Part shown: positions 34,386 through 48,865 of the stretch, piece by piece | Position numbering within the stretch: the stretch's first letter is position 1 | Layout of the letters: every line of letters begins with the position of its first letter | Assembly (NCBI GenBank): GCA_049320885.1 | Contig: JBMORA010000001.1 | Location: forward strand, 178,622-242,621 | From: Thermodesulfobacteriota bacterium | GTDB lineage: Bacteria; Desulfobacterota; Desulfobacteria; Desulfobacterales; SURF-7 | Direction of reading: 5' to 3' | DNA: 64,000 nucleotides | Notes under the pieces: model-generated | What the model was told of the DNA's origin: nothing | Seen by the model: the letters and a program-made list of their open reading frames with translations, nothing else | Database searches by the model: none | Made by a program: the position numbers and the translations under genes

Positions 34386-35221
34386 AGGAACCCATTCGCA
34401 TTATGATAAACGGAATCCCGGGGAATGTCGCGGTCAATCTCGCCAGGCATGCCCTGGCGGACAACCGCTTTCTGGTGATACCCTGGTCGTTGACCGGACC
34501 CGAAATCGAAGCCGACCGGCACGAAATCGATGCCTTCGTTTGTCATCTGATCAGGCCCGCTGAACGGGATGAACGCATCCAGGAAATCCGGAAACAATAC
34601 GAGCGTTTTATCTCGATAGATTATACCCATCCTTCAGCGATAAACGCCAATGCGGAATTTTACTGCCGCTATCACCTCCCCTTTGTCATGGGAACCACCG
34701 GCGGCAACCGGCAGCTTCTCCTTCAGACCGTTCAGCAATCCGGTATTCCGGCGGTGATCGCCCCCAATATGGCCAAACAGATCGTCGGCTTCCAGGCCAT
34801 GATGGCCTATGCGGCCGAAACATTTCCAGGCCTTTTCAAGGGGTATTCCTTGGAAATCCGGGAAAGCCACCAGCAGGGCAAAGCCGACACCAGCGGCACG
34901 GCCAAAGCAATGGTGGAGTATTTCAACAAACTGGGAGTCCCTTTCTCCGCCGACGACATTCTCATGGAGCGGGACCCGGTCAAACAGGCCAGGGACTGGG
35001 GAATACCGGAAGCATATCTAAGCGGACACGGATGGCACACCTATACACTTGTCTCGGCCGATAAAAACGCGACATTCACATTTACCCATAACATCAACGG
35101 CCGGGATATATATGTGGACGGCACCCTCGATGCAGTCGTTTTTCTCCACCGACAGATGGAAACGGGAATTGCCGGAAAGGTCTTTTCCATGATCGATGTC
35201 ATGCGGGGTTTTCCGGCGTGA
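34382..35221 (+). CDS. dapB: Dihydrodipicolinate (HTPA) reductase, plant-like type
   Basis: DYTHP, FVMGTTG, ESHQQGKADTSGTAK, GHGWHTY, HNINGR. Confidence 0.88.
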   Translation: MKEPIRIMINGIPGNVAVNLARHALADNRFLVIPWSLTGPEIEADRHEIDAFVCHLIRPAERDERIQEIRKQYERFISIDYTHPSAINANAEFYCRYHLPFVMGTTGGNRQLLLQTVQQSGIPAVIAPNMAKQIVGFQAMMAYAAETFPGLFKGYSLEIRESHQQGKADTSGTAKAMVEYFNKLGVPFSADDILMERDPVKQARDWGIPEAYLSGHGWHTYTLVSADKNATFTFTHNINGRDIYVDGTLDAVVFLHRQMETGIAGKVFSMIDVMRGFPA

Positions 35222-35249
35222 ATGCGCGGATACCATGTCCGGAATCCTG

Positions 35250-37403
35250 TCACGACAACGGAAGGGTGATCAGGAATTCCGCCCCCTTGCCCGGCTGACT
35301 GGAGCACTCGATCCGGCCGTTGAGTTTCTGGGTAACAAGATTATAGACGACATGCATGCCCAGGCCGCTCCCGCCCTGACCGCGCTTGGTGGTGAAAAAA
35401 GGTTCGAATATCTTTTCCAGAACCTGCGGCTTCATGCCCTTGCCGTCATCACGGTAATGGAACAGCAATGTATCCGTATTCCGGCTGACCGTTATCCGGA
35501 TCTCCCCCTTGCGGTCCTCTTCAAAAGCATGAACCAGGGAATTCATGACCAGATTGGTGATGATCTGGGAGAAAGCTCCGGGATGGGTGTTGATTTCGAG
35601 GTCCTCCGGGCAATCCACCTGAATGGAATGCCCGCTGCGCTTGTATTTCGGTCGCAGGCTGTTCAGAACCTCCATTAAATACCCCTTTAAATTGATCCGT
35701 CGTTTTTCACCACCGGATTGATCCACCGCCACCTGTTTGAAACTGTTCAGCAGCTCGGCCGCTCGCTGCAGGTTGGTCAGGATGAGCGTCGAGGCTTCCA
35801 GAGCGATGCGGGCATATTTTTTCATTTCCGCTGTCTCCGGTTCCACTGCCTCCGGCTGCCGGAGATAGGCCTCGGTGGTATCCTTTAAAAAAGAGGCGGA
35901 CATAACCCCGACGCCTAAAGGCGTGCTGATCTCATGCGCCACGCCTGCCACCAGATCTCCGAGAGCGGCCATCCTTTCCGACCGCAGCAGGTGGGCCTCC
36001 GCCTGCTTCCGTTCGGTTATGTCCCGCAGAATGCCGCGGAAACCGACCGGATTCCCGGCGGCATCCCTGATCAGCGTAACCGAAGTTTCAATCCAGCACA
36101 TCCCGCTGTCTTTTCGAATCAGACGCCAATCGAAAGCCTTGGTGGGAATGCCCGTGCGGTAAACGGTATTGAAAATATGAAACACTTTTTTGGCATTTTC
36201 CGCATCCATGAAACGCCGGTTGTTCATCCCGATCAGCTCTTCCTCTCCATACCCCAGTATCCGGCACATGGAGGCATTGACGACCGTAAGATTACCCGCC
36301 AGGTCCACTTCAAAATAGCCGTCTTCTATATCTGCCAGAATTTCACGATACTTTTCCTCGCTTTTCCGTAATGCGGCCTTGGTCTGATGCAGAGAAACGA
36401 TTTTTTTGCGATATTGTTCGTTGAGTTCCTGCAGTTTTTTCCTGGCCGCCGCCTCTTCTCTTCGCAGTTTTTCGGCTTCAAAATACCGCCGGTCGGCCAG
36501 CTCGATCTGCCGTTCAAACAGGGAGCGTCTCTCCCTGGCCATGGGGCTGAAATCGCGAATCATCATCATCCATCTGGCTGGCAGGGACATCTCTCTCCAG
36601 TTCAGGCAGATACGCCCATAGGGCGCATCAAAGATGTCTCCTTTTTTCAGCAGGCAGGAACCGTTCTCGATGACATCCTCGGTGATCACCGTGGCATTGT
36701 ATGGAGGATCGGTTGAATAGCCTTCGTCGAACACGGGTTTTGGGTGGAGTGACTTTTCCTGCAATTGGACCCGTTTGCCGACGATCCGGCCACGGATGTA
36801 TACGAGTGAATCACATTCCGTATAATTCAACCGGTGGACGCCGTATAATTTCTCGCAGATGTTTTTCAGCAAAGCCTGGTCATACAAGATTCTGGTCCGG
36901 GCAGGTTGATGGTGATACACCGCCGGCAAGGCGGAGAGGAGTCCGGCGGCCCATCGAGTGAAAATTCCCATGGATTGGTTCGCCACGGGGGGGTCCAGCT
37001 TGATGATGAAATCCGCCGACTCCCGCCTCAGCTGCAATAGACGGATGGAGGAAAAATTATTGAAACGCTGAATGTGTCGATGAGAAAAAATGAAACTCAT
37101 CCGGATTCCAAACAGGGACACAATGGATCGGAAAAGCCCGGCTGTAACTCCGGTTCCGATTTGGGCACCGATTTTCTCCCAGTCATCCAATGTCAGAAAC
37201 GGATAGGCCCGGCTGCAGTTCTGAAGGATGGTTAAAAAATCCGGCAGGGGGATCCAATTATGCGGTTTGGAGATGAAATCCCTGTCGGTCTGAACATCCC
37301 GCAGGAGCTCCTCTTTTTCAACTCCCAATCTGGAAAAATAATCCAACAGTTGGATCGGCGAAATACAGCGAACACGATACGAATCAATATCTGTCCAACT
37401 CAT
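35250..37403 (-). CDS. PAS-domain sensor histidine kinase with an unassigned N-terminal domain
   Basis: PAS/PAC; H-box AHEISTPLG; NLVMN, DDGKG, FFTTK..GSGLG; start set at MSWTD. Confidence 0.85.
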   Translation of the reverse strand: MSWTDIDSYRVRCISPIQLLDYFSRLGVEKEELLRDVQTDRDFISKPHNWIPLPDFLTILQNCSRAYPFLTLDDWEKIGAQIGTGVTAGLFRSIVSLFGIRMSFIFSHRHIQRFNNFSSIRLLQLRRESADFIIKLDPPVANQSMGIFTRWAAGLLSALPAVYHHQPARTRILYDQALLKNICEKLYGVHRLNYTECDSLVYIRGRIVGKRVQLQEKSLHPKPVFDEGYSTDPPYNATVITEDVIENGSCLLKKGDIFDAPYGRICLNWREMSLPARWMMMIRDFSPMARERRSLFERQIELADRRYFEAEKLRREEAAARKKLQELNEQYRKKIVSLHQTKAALRKSEEKYREILADIEDGYFEVDLAGNLTVVNASMCRILGYGEEELIGMNNRRFMDAENAKKVFHIFNTVYRTGIPTKAFDWRLIRKDSGMCWIETSVTLIRDAAGNPVGFRGILRDITERKQAEAHLLRSERMAALGDLVAGVAHEISTPLGVGVMSASFLKDTTEAYLRQPEAVEPETAEMKKYARIALEASTLILTNLQRAAELLNSFKQVAVDQSGGEKRRINLKGYLMEVLNSLRPKYKRSGHSIQVDCPEDLEINTHPGAFSQIITNLVMNSLVHAFEEDRKGEIRITVSRNTDTLLFHYRDDGKGMKPQVLEKIFEPFFTTKRGQGGSGLGMHVVYNLVTQKLNGRIECSSQPGKGAEFLITLPLS

Positions 37404-37518
37404 GGCGATCCAAGTCCATTGGAGGTTGCTGGAATGGTTTGCAAGCAGAAGAGTTGAATGACTGTCGTTATGTAGCCTGTTAGCCCAAATCGGTTTAAAT
37501 TGCAATATCCTTGGTGGG

Positions 37519-39411
37519 CTATGATGGACAGGAATGCAGGGCTGGCAGGCTGTTTCTCGGCAATCGAATATGGAATCGAGACCCTTTGCCGGGCGTCGAC
37601 TGGACCTCAATATCGCCACCGTGTTCCTGGACGATTTTTTTGGTCAACAGTAAGCCCAGCCCGGTTCCGTCCAGCCCCTTGGTGGTAAAAAAAGTCGAAA
37701 AGAGTCTATTCCGGGTTTCCTCATCCATTCCGCAGCCGTCATCCGCGACGATATAGTGGATGACGGCTTTTTCCTCAAAGGCACGCAACCGCACGAACGA
37801 ACCAACCGTGGTTGAATCCTGCCGGCAGGCGTCAATCGCATTCCCCACCAGATTGGTCAGGCATTCATGCATGGCCTCCGGGTCAATTGCCGCCGGCTCC
37901 GGGAACTCCTGCAACTCCATTTCCAGCCGAATCCCGTATGTATCAGCCCTGGAGGCGTACATTTCCATGACTTCCCTTGCGATATCGGCGGGATTGACAA
38001 GTTTGGGATGTATTTTGCGGCCCTTTGAAAAATTCAGAAACGCCTTAACGAATGTCGACATCCGTTCGATGTTGCGATCCAGCATCGTCATGCCGTTTTC
38101 CAGGCGGTCGATATCGGCTTTTTGAACACCGCTTCTCAGCATGTACATGCCGCCCTCGAGGGCGGCGATGAGATTTTTAACCCCATGGGCCAAGCCGGCA
38201 ACCGTTTGACCTACAGCTGCCAGGCGCTCCGCTTCCAGTTTCTCGTTCTGTAATTTTTTTATCTCACGCAAATCCTGTATGGAAAACGCCATCCCCAGGG
38301 AGTTGCCGTCCATCAACAATTGATTCCCCACCAAACGGACAGGCACTTTCTCTCCGGATGAACTCGTGATGGTGGTTTCCGGTATGGAAACATGCTGATG
38401 GCCTTCCGTGACCTGCCGGCAGAATCCATTCGGCAGCAAATCAGCCAGGGTTTCATGGGTCAGCTCCCGCGCTCCCAGATCGCCGATGATCTTGCGGGCC
38501 GCAGGATTGATAACGGTGATGCGGCCTGTGGCATCCAGGGCCAGGATGCCATCCATTGAAGTCGAAACGATCGTCTCCAGGAAGGAATGGGCGAATTTCA
38601 ACCCGTCCCGCAACTGAATCGTCTGGGTTACATCCACGGCCATCTCCATGACGGTATCAACATCGCCTTCCAAAACCGTCAACGGAACCGTAATCACGTG
38701 CAGATGGATCGTCCGGTCGTCTTTTGTCCGCCACACATGATGACCTGTATGGAGCTGGCCGTCCTCGAAGGTTTTTCGGGCCGTGCACTCCGAGCAGGTA
38801 TGATCGGAACCTTTCAGGCCGCTGAAACAGTAGCTGCCTTCCACATCTCCCAGCATCTGTTTTGTCCGGGCATTGGCCTTGACGATACGAAAGTCCCTGT
38901 CGATCAGCACAATCTGACAGGGAACCTGATCAAACAACAACTGGTATTCCCGCCGCATCTGTTCCAGTTCGGTGACATCGATACACATTTCCACCAAAAA
39001 CGGAATATCGCCGTCCGTATCGATGATCGGCAGGGTCTGCTTGATATACCGCGTCAATCTGCCGTCTCTGTTATAGCCAATCTCCTGACTGATTCGGGCC
39101 CTGCCGTCTTGAAATGCTTTCGCGCCTTTACAGTCGGGACACAGGGTCCCCCTGTTTTTATACACGGCAAAACATTTTTTCTGACGCCAAGGCCCGAACA
39201 TCTGTTCAAAACCCTTGTTGGCATGAATCAGATTGAAAGCCTGGTCGATGACCGCGATGGCCATGGGGACGGCATCAAACAGCTGGTCACGAATCCACGC
39301 GGAAATTTGGGGTGGTGGCTGGATCAAAATCAGTCGTCTTTCCTGAACGGTATTCGAATCATGCTTGCATGTTTCCGTAGCATGGTACCGGCATCCGGTC
39401 TTGGGATGCAA
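37519..39411 (-). CDS. Multi-PAS soluble histidine kinase
   Basis: Three PAS domains; H-box AHGVKN; NLVGNA, DDGCG, FFTTKG..GTGLG; true start may be TTG 39327. Confidence 0.87.
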   Translation of the reverse strand: MHPKTGCRYHATETCKHDSNTVQERRLILIQPPPQISAWIRDQLFDAVPMAIAVIDQAFNLIHANKGFEQMFGPWRQKKCFAVYKNRGTLCPDCKGAKAFQDGRARISQEIGYNRDGRLTRYIKQTLPIIDTDGDIPFLVEMCIDVTELEQMRREYQLLFDQVPCQIVLIDRDFRIVKANARTKQMLGDVEGSYCFSGLKGSDHTCSECTARKTFEDGQLHTGHHVWRTKDDRTIHLHVITVPLTVLEGDVDTVMEMAVDVTQTIQLRDGLKFAHSFLETIVSTSMDGILALDATGRITVINPAARKIIGDLGARELTHETLADLLPNGFCRQVTEGHQHVSIPETTITSSSGEKVPVRLVGNQLLMDGNSLGMAFSIQDLREIKKLQNEKLEAERLAAVGQTVAGLAHGVKNLIAALEGGMYMLRSGVQKADIDRLENGMTMLDRNIERMSTFVKAFLNFSKGRKIHPKLVNPADIAREVMEMYASRADTYGIRLEMELQEFPEPAAIDPEAMHECLTNLVGNAIDACRQDSTTVGSFVRLRAFEEKAVIHYIVADDGCGMDEETRNRLFSTFFTTKGLDGTGLGLLLTKKIVQEHGGDIEVQSTPGKGSRFHIRLPRNSLPALHSCPS

Positions 39412-39600
39412 AATTTTTCTTTACAAAATGCGCCCCAACCATTTATTATACCATTTTAATATAGATTAAATTTATATATATAAATAATAAAATTTATTTT
39501 CAACCCAAAACATTATTTTCAAATCGGTTTTTTCCGAAAGCCGATTGGCGCAATCGGAAAGGCCGCAACAGAACAGGCATCGCCCGACAGGAGGAAGTAA

Positions 39601-40851
39601 ATGAAAAAAATCTTGGTCTTAGGTTCCGGTGCAGGCGGAACCATGGTAGCCACCAAATTGCGCAGGGAACTGAGCCCCTTGGAGTGGCAAATCACCATCA
39701 TCGACAATGACGACATCCACCATTACCAGCCCGGCTGGCTGTTCATTCCCTTTGGTATATATACCGCCGAGGATTGCATGAAACCCAAACGGGATTTTAT
39801 ACCCAAAGGGGTCAACTTCGTTCTGGATGAAGTGGTGGCAGTGGATCCGGATGCCCGCAAGGTCGAATGCAAAAAAGGCACCTATGAGTATGATTGGCTG
39901 GTCATTGCCACCGGCTGCCGGATCGCCCCGGAGGAGATTGACGGGCTCGAAGACTGGAAACCGGATTCCAAACGCCGGGAGCACACGTTTTTCACTCTCG
40001 AAAGCGCCATGGCGCTGTATCGGAAAATGAAATATTTTAAATCCGGACGGCTGGTGTTCAATATCGCCGAAATGCCCCACAAATGTCCGGTGGTGCCCAT
40101 GGAATTCATTTTCATGGCCGATTGGTTCTTTGCCAAAAACGGGGTCAGAAACAATATTGAAATCGAATTCGTAACCCCCAACACCGGAATTTTCACCAAA
40201 CCCATTGCCACAAAAGTATTAAGCGTCGCCGCCGAGGAGAAAGGCATCCGGGTTACGCCCAATTTCGACCTGGCCTCGGTGGATCCGGAGCAAGGAATTT
40301 TGCAGTCCGCCAAAGGGGAAACTGTTCCATATGATCTGCTGGTTTCCACCATGCCGAATCTGGGCGCGGAATATGTCGATAATTCGGGCCTGGGTGACGG
40401 CATGGGATATGTCATGACGAATCATCACACCCTCAAGGCTGAAAAATACGACAATATTTATGTCGTCGGCGACGCCACCAATGTCCCCACCTCCAAAGCC
40501 GGTTCGGTGGCCCATTATGAAGCCGAAATCGTAGTGGAGAATCTGATTCTGGAAATCGATGGCCAGGAACCGAAGCCGGCCTTTGACGGCCATTCGACCT
40601 GCTTCATCGTTTCCGGCTATGACAAGGCATATCTTTTTGATTTTAATTATAAAACAGAACCGCTACCCGGCAAATTCCCCTTCCCCGGGGTTGGTCCTTT
40701 CGATTTGGTCGGGGAAAGCTATATCAATTATTGGGGTAAGATGATGTTTAAATGGGTTTATTGGAATTTGCTGCTGACCGGGCAGGATCTGCCGCTGGAG
40801 CCTCAAATGAACATGGCCGGCAAGAATTGGCCGCGAATCGATAGCGAATAG
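39601..40851 (+). CDS. sqr: Sulfide:quinone oxidoreductase-family flavoprotein (type III-like)
   Basis: GSGAGG, HHYQPG, KCPVVPMEF, VGDAT, SKAGSVAH, STCFI; AGGAGG RBS. Confidence 0.83.
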   Translation: MKKILVLGSGAGGTMVATKLRRELSPLEWQITIIDNDDIHHYQPGWLFIPFGIYTAEDCMKPKRDFIPKGVNFVLDEVVAVDPDARKVECKKGTYEYDWLVIATGCRIAPEEIDGLEDWKPDSKRREHTFFTLESAMALYRKMKYFKSGRLVFNIAEMPHKCPVVPMEFIFMADWFFAKNGVRNNIEIEFVTPNTGIFTKPIATKVLSVAAEEKGIRVTPNFDLASVDPEQGILQSAKGETVPYDLLVSTMPNLGAEYVDNSGLGDGMGYVMTNHHTLKAEKYDNIYVVGDATNVPTSKAGSVAHYEAEIVVENLILEIDGQEPKPAFDGHSTCFIVSGYDKAYLFDFNYKTEPLPGKFPFPGVGPFDLVGESYINYWGKMMFKWVYWNLLLTGQDLPLEPQMNMAGKNWPRIDSE

Positions 40852-40860
40852 GGGGCCCGC

Positions 40861-41544
40861 ATGACCAATGAAGAATTGATCCTTCAAAAATTGGAATACA
40901 TCGAGTCGCACATCATTCCGGTTGCCAAGTTCGGTCACAGTATCCGGGAATTGAAGGATGACCTGATCCCCCTGGGCAATACGGCCGTCCAACTGGTGAC
41001 CAAGGAATTGCAGGAGGTGGAAGCGGGTTTTGAACTTGATGATTTTTTTTTGCTGATCAAGCAGGCCATGCGCAGCACCCGGGATTTGATCTTCCTGTTG
41101 CGCCAGATGACCAGCATGATCGAGTTTGTCCGCGATCTGGAACCGTTGCTGAAATCCGCCATCCCCCAGCTCATTCATTATCTGGATGAACTGGAGCAAC
41201 GCGGCGTCTTCCGGATTCTCCGCTCCATGCTGGATGTCCGTGCCAAAGTGGCGTCGGCATATGATTCCGAGGATATCGACCAGATCGGCGATGTCGCCGT
41301 GTCTCTGCTGGGCCTCACAAAACAATTATCCGACCCCCGGGCCATGGATTTTCTGGAAAAAATGGCGGCATTGCCGGGAAAAATCGATCTCTCCGGCAGT
41401 AAAAAAACCGGTCTGATGGGCATGGTGTCGGCCGGTTTCCGCCAGGACATCCAGGAAGGTCTCGGGGTTCTGCTGGAAATCACCAAGGCGCTGAGCAGCC
41501 TCAAGGACAAAACCGCGGATTCGACCGCTGCTTCGGACAAATGA
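40861..41544 (+). CDS. DUF1641-type protein
   Basis: Helical protein ending GLMGMV..RQDIQEGLGVLLEITKAL; directly after sqr. Confidence 0.75.
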   Translation: MTNEELILQKLEYIESHIIPVAKFGHSIRELKDDLIPLGNTAVQLVTKELQEVEAGFELDDFFLLIKQAMRSTRDLIFLLRQMTSMIEFVRDLEPLLKSAIPQLIHYLDELEQRGVFRILRSMLDVRAKVASAYDSEDIDQIGDVAVSLLGLTKQLSDPRAMDFLEKMAALPGKIDLSGSKKTGLMGMVSAGFRQDIQEGLGVLLEITKALSSLKDKTADSTAASDK

Positions 41545-41649
41545 TGGCGCTGCCCGCGGCCCCGGTGGCTCTTTAATCAAACCATTCCCCGCCGGCGGGG
41601 CGATTTCCCGCCCGGCGGGCAGAAACCGGTGATACGAAAGCTCGCAATA

Positions 41650-41665
41650 TGGATGGCAGTTTGCA
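41650..41665 (+). promoter_or_regulatory. Candidate sigma54 (-24/-12) promoter
   Basis: TGG-ATGGCAGT-TTGCA has GG-N10-GC spacing and lies 48 nt before the response regulator ATG. Confidence 0.35.
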
Positions 41666-41713
41666 TGGATAGACGATTTTGCCGAAACCCTGCTGAAACA
41701 AAGGAGTCGATCA

Positions 41714-42238
41714 ATGGCCTACGCCTCGGAAAAAAAAATTTTAGTGGTGGATGATGAACCGGATGTTCGTAATTTCCTGGCGACCTGTATAGAAGATGCC
41801 GGTTTTCACGTGGAAACGGCTTCCAACGGGGAGGAGGCATTGGAAAAAATAGAATCGGATCCGCCGGATTTAATGACGCTGGACATGGTCATGCCGAGAA
41901 AATCCGGTATCCAGGTCATGCGGACCCTGCGACAACATTCCAAATGCAAGAATCTTCCGGTTATCGTCATCACGGCCCATGCCCATGACGAGTTCGGCAG
42001 CGAGGACCTGAAAAGCTTCAATGCATTTGTCTCGGGACATCGCCCCCGGTACCTCCTGGAAAAACCCGTGTCACCGCAGAAGCTGGTAAAGGCCATCTGT
42101 GAAATACTGTCCGTGGAGGCCGCTGACGATACGGCACCTGTCCCCTCGGACCAGGAAACCATCGTCCGTCTGGTGAAAAGCAGCGACCAGGAGACCAGGA
42201 AAAAGATCATCGCGATGCTGTCGAATCAATCGCTGTAA
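41714..42238 (+). CDS. Response regulator (receiver domain with short C-terminal tail)
   Basis: ILVVDDE, LDMVMP, VITAH, EKP. Confidence 0.9.
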   Translation: MAYASEKKILVVDDEPDVRNFLATCIEDAGFHVETASNGEEALEKIESDPPDLMTLDMVMPRKSGIQVMRTLRQHSKCKNLPVIVITAHAHDEFGSEDLKSFNAFVSGHRPRYLLEKPVSPQKLVKAICEILSVEAADDTAPVPSDQETIVRLVKSSDQETRKKIIAMLSNQSL

Positions 42239-42678
42239 CGGCTGCGCCGGCGGTTCTTGCGGATCATGGAAGCGCATTCATCGTCCAGCAAATCAGCCAC
42301 GGTGATGCCGTCCAGCTTCTCATAGAGGGCGTCCGTGGCGGCTTTCCAGGCAAGGCGGGCCCTGCAGGAATCCGCCATGCCGCATGATTCGGGTGAGCCG
42401 ATGCACTCCACCAGGTCGGTCTGGCCTTCAAACAACCGGACGATGTCGCCCAGAGTGATCAAGGCCGGGTCTTTTGCAATGATATGACCACCCTTCGGAC
42501 CCCGGACACTGGTGATCAATCCGGCGGCTTTCAGCGAACGGATCAGTTGTTCCATATATTTGACGGGGATGCCCTGCTGCTTGGATATGGCGCTCACCTG
42601 AACCGGGTCGCTGTTCCAATTCCGAGCCAACTCGAGCAGGATCCGGGTGCCGTAACGGCTTCTGGTGGATAATTTCAT
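42226..42678 (-). CDS. Rrf2-family regulator (IscR/CymR-like)
   Basis: MKLSTRSRYGTR, SVRGPKGGH, three Cys (C-x6-C-x5-C). Confidence 0.9.
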   Translation of the reverse strand: MKLSTRSRYGTRILLELARNWNSDPVQVSAISKQQGIPVKYMEQLIRSLKAAGLITSVRGPKGGHIIAKDPALITLGDIVRLFEGQTDLVECIGSPESCGMADSCRARLAWKAATDALYEKLDGITVADLLDDECASMIRKNRRRSRYSD

Positions 42679-42722
42679 CGCCTATGGGTACCTGTATGCA
42701 TTACCGCGGTTATGGCAACCGC

Positions 42723-47647
<4,925 letters not shown>

Positions 47648-47662
47648 TCACGTCACATCAAC

Positions 47663-47690
47663 TGTATTGCTTCAGGTGTATTGCTTCAGG
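47663..47690. repeat. 14-bp tandem direct duplication
   Basis: TGTATTGCTTCAGG occurs twice in tandem across the kdnA stop codon. Confidence 0.9.
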
Positions 47691-48865
47691 ATGGTGCTCA
47701 TCGAAGCAATTCTTTTTTCAATATCCGCCTCCTTCCAGGACAGCTTGATCTGCATACAGATGGTTCTGCCGATAAGGCCGTCGGAGCGGGGGCAGGAGAG
47801 CTTGCCGTAATCCGGACGATTCTCAAAAAGCTCAATGGGCAGCCTGGCGGCCGCGGACATGTTTTTCAAATGCTGCCACTGGCGGATATAATGCCAATTG
47901 TTATCGTACCAATAAAAACATCCGTCCACTCCCGCCCTGGCCAGTTCGGCGGCCGTCTGCCGGGCCCTGTTTTCATCCGGCAGCAGGAAGGCGAGAAATG
48001 TCGCCGAGTCTCCCCGGGCATCCGGTATCTGCCGGAATTCTATTCCACGGATTGCCGACAACCGGTCCTTGATCATCCGCTTATGGGTCTGCTGGGTGCC
48101 GATGATCCGGTCCAGTTTTCTCAATTGCGCCACCCCCACGGCGGCATTCAGTTCGCTGATGCGATAATTGAGCCCCAGAATCGCATGCCCCTCTTTTCCC
48201 CGGTCGGAGCCTCGATGGTCATGACCATGATCGGCATAGGCATCCGCCCTGGCGTACAAATCGGCGTCATCGGTCACCACCGCCCCGCCTTCACCGCAGG
48301 TAATGGTTTTGACGTAGTCGAAGGAATAGCATCCCATCTGCCCGAAGGTACCCAATGCTTTTCCGTTGTACGCGGCGCCCAGCGACTGACAGGCATCTTC
48401 TATCAGCAGCAATCCCTTCCGTTCGCAAAAGGCTTTTATTTCATCGATCCGCGCCATGGATCCGCACATGTGCACCGGTAATACCGCCTTGGTGCGTGAA
48501 GAAAGGGCCGATTCCAGCCCGGCCGGGTCCAGACACAAGGTTTCATCGATTTCGGAAAAGACCGGAACGGCTCCAGCCATGAGAACCGCCTCAATGGTCG
48601 CAATGAAGGTAAAGGGCGGCACGATCACTTCGTCGCCGGCCCCCACGCTGCAGGAAGCCAGGGCAATGGAAAGAGCCGCCGTGCCGCTGGAGCAGAGATG
48701 GCCATGGGCTGTCTTGAGCCGCCGGCACAGCTCCTGTTCGAAGGTCAGCGCTTTATAATGCCCCTTCCGCGCCTGATCGAACCCGTAACGAAATAGGACT
48801 CCCGTATCGAGGACATCCTGGACTTCTTTCCGCTCTTCTTCTCCAAATAATTCAAACCCCGGCAT
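47672..48865 (-). CDS. kdnA: 8-amino-3,8-dideoxy-manno-octulosonate transaminase KdnA (DegT family)
   Basis: MPGFELFG, SSGTAAL, EDACQ, SFDYVKTITCGEGG, DHGHDH, GCFYWYDNNWHY. Confidence 0.84.
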   Translation of the reverse strand: MPGFELFGEEERKEVQDVLDTGVLFRYGFDQARKGHYKALTFEQELCRRLKTAHGHLCSSGTAALSIALASCSVGAGDEVIVPPFTFIATIEAVLMAGAVPVFSEIDETLCLDPAGLESALSSRTKAVLPVHMCGSMARIDEIKAFCERKGLLLIEDACQSLGAAYNGKALGTFGQMGCYSFDYVKTITCGEGGAVVTDDADLYARADAYADHGHDHRGSDRGKEGHAILGLNYRISELNAAVGVAQLRKLDRIIGTQQTHKRMIKDRLSAIRGIEFRQIPDARGDSATFLAFLLPDENRARQTAAELARAGVDGCFYWYDNNWHYIRQWQHLKNMSAAARLPIELFENRPDYGKLSCPRSDGLIGRTICMQIKLSWKEADIEKRIASMSTILKQYT

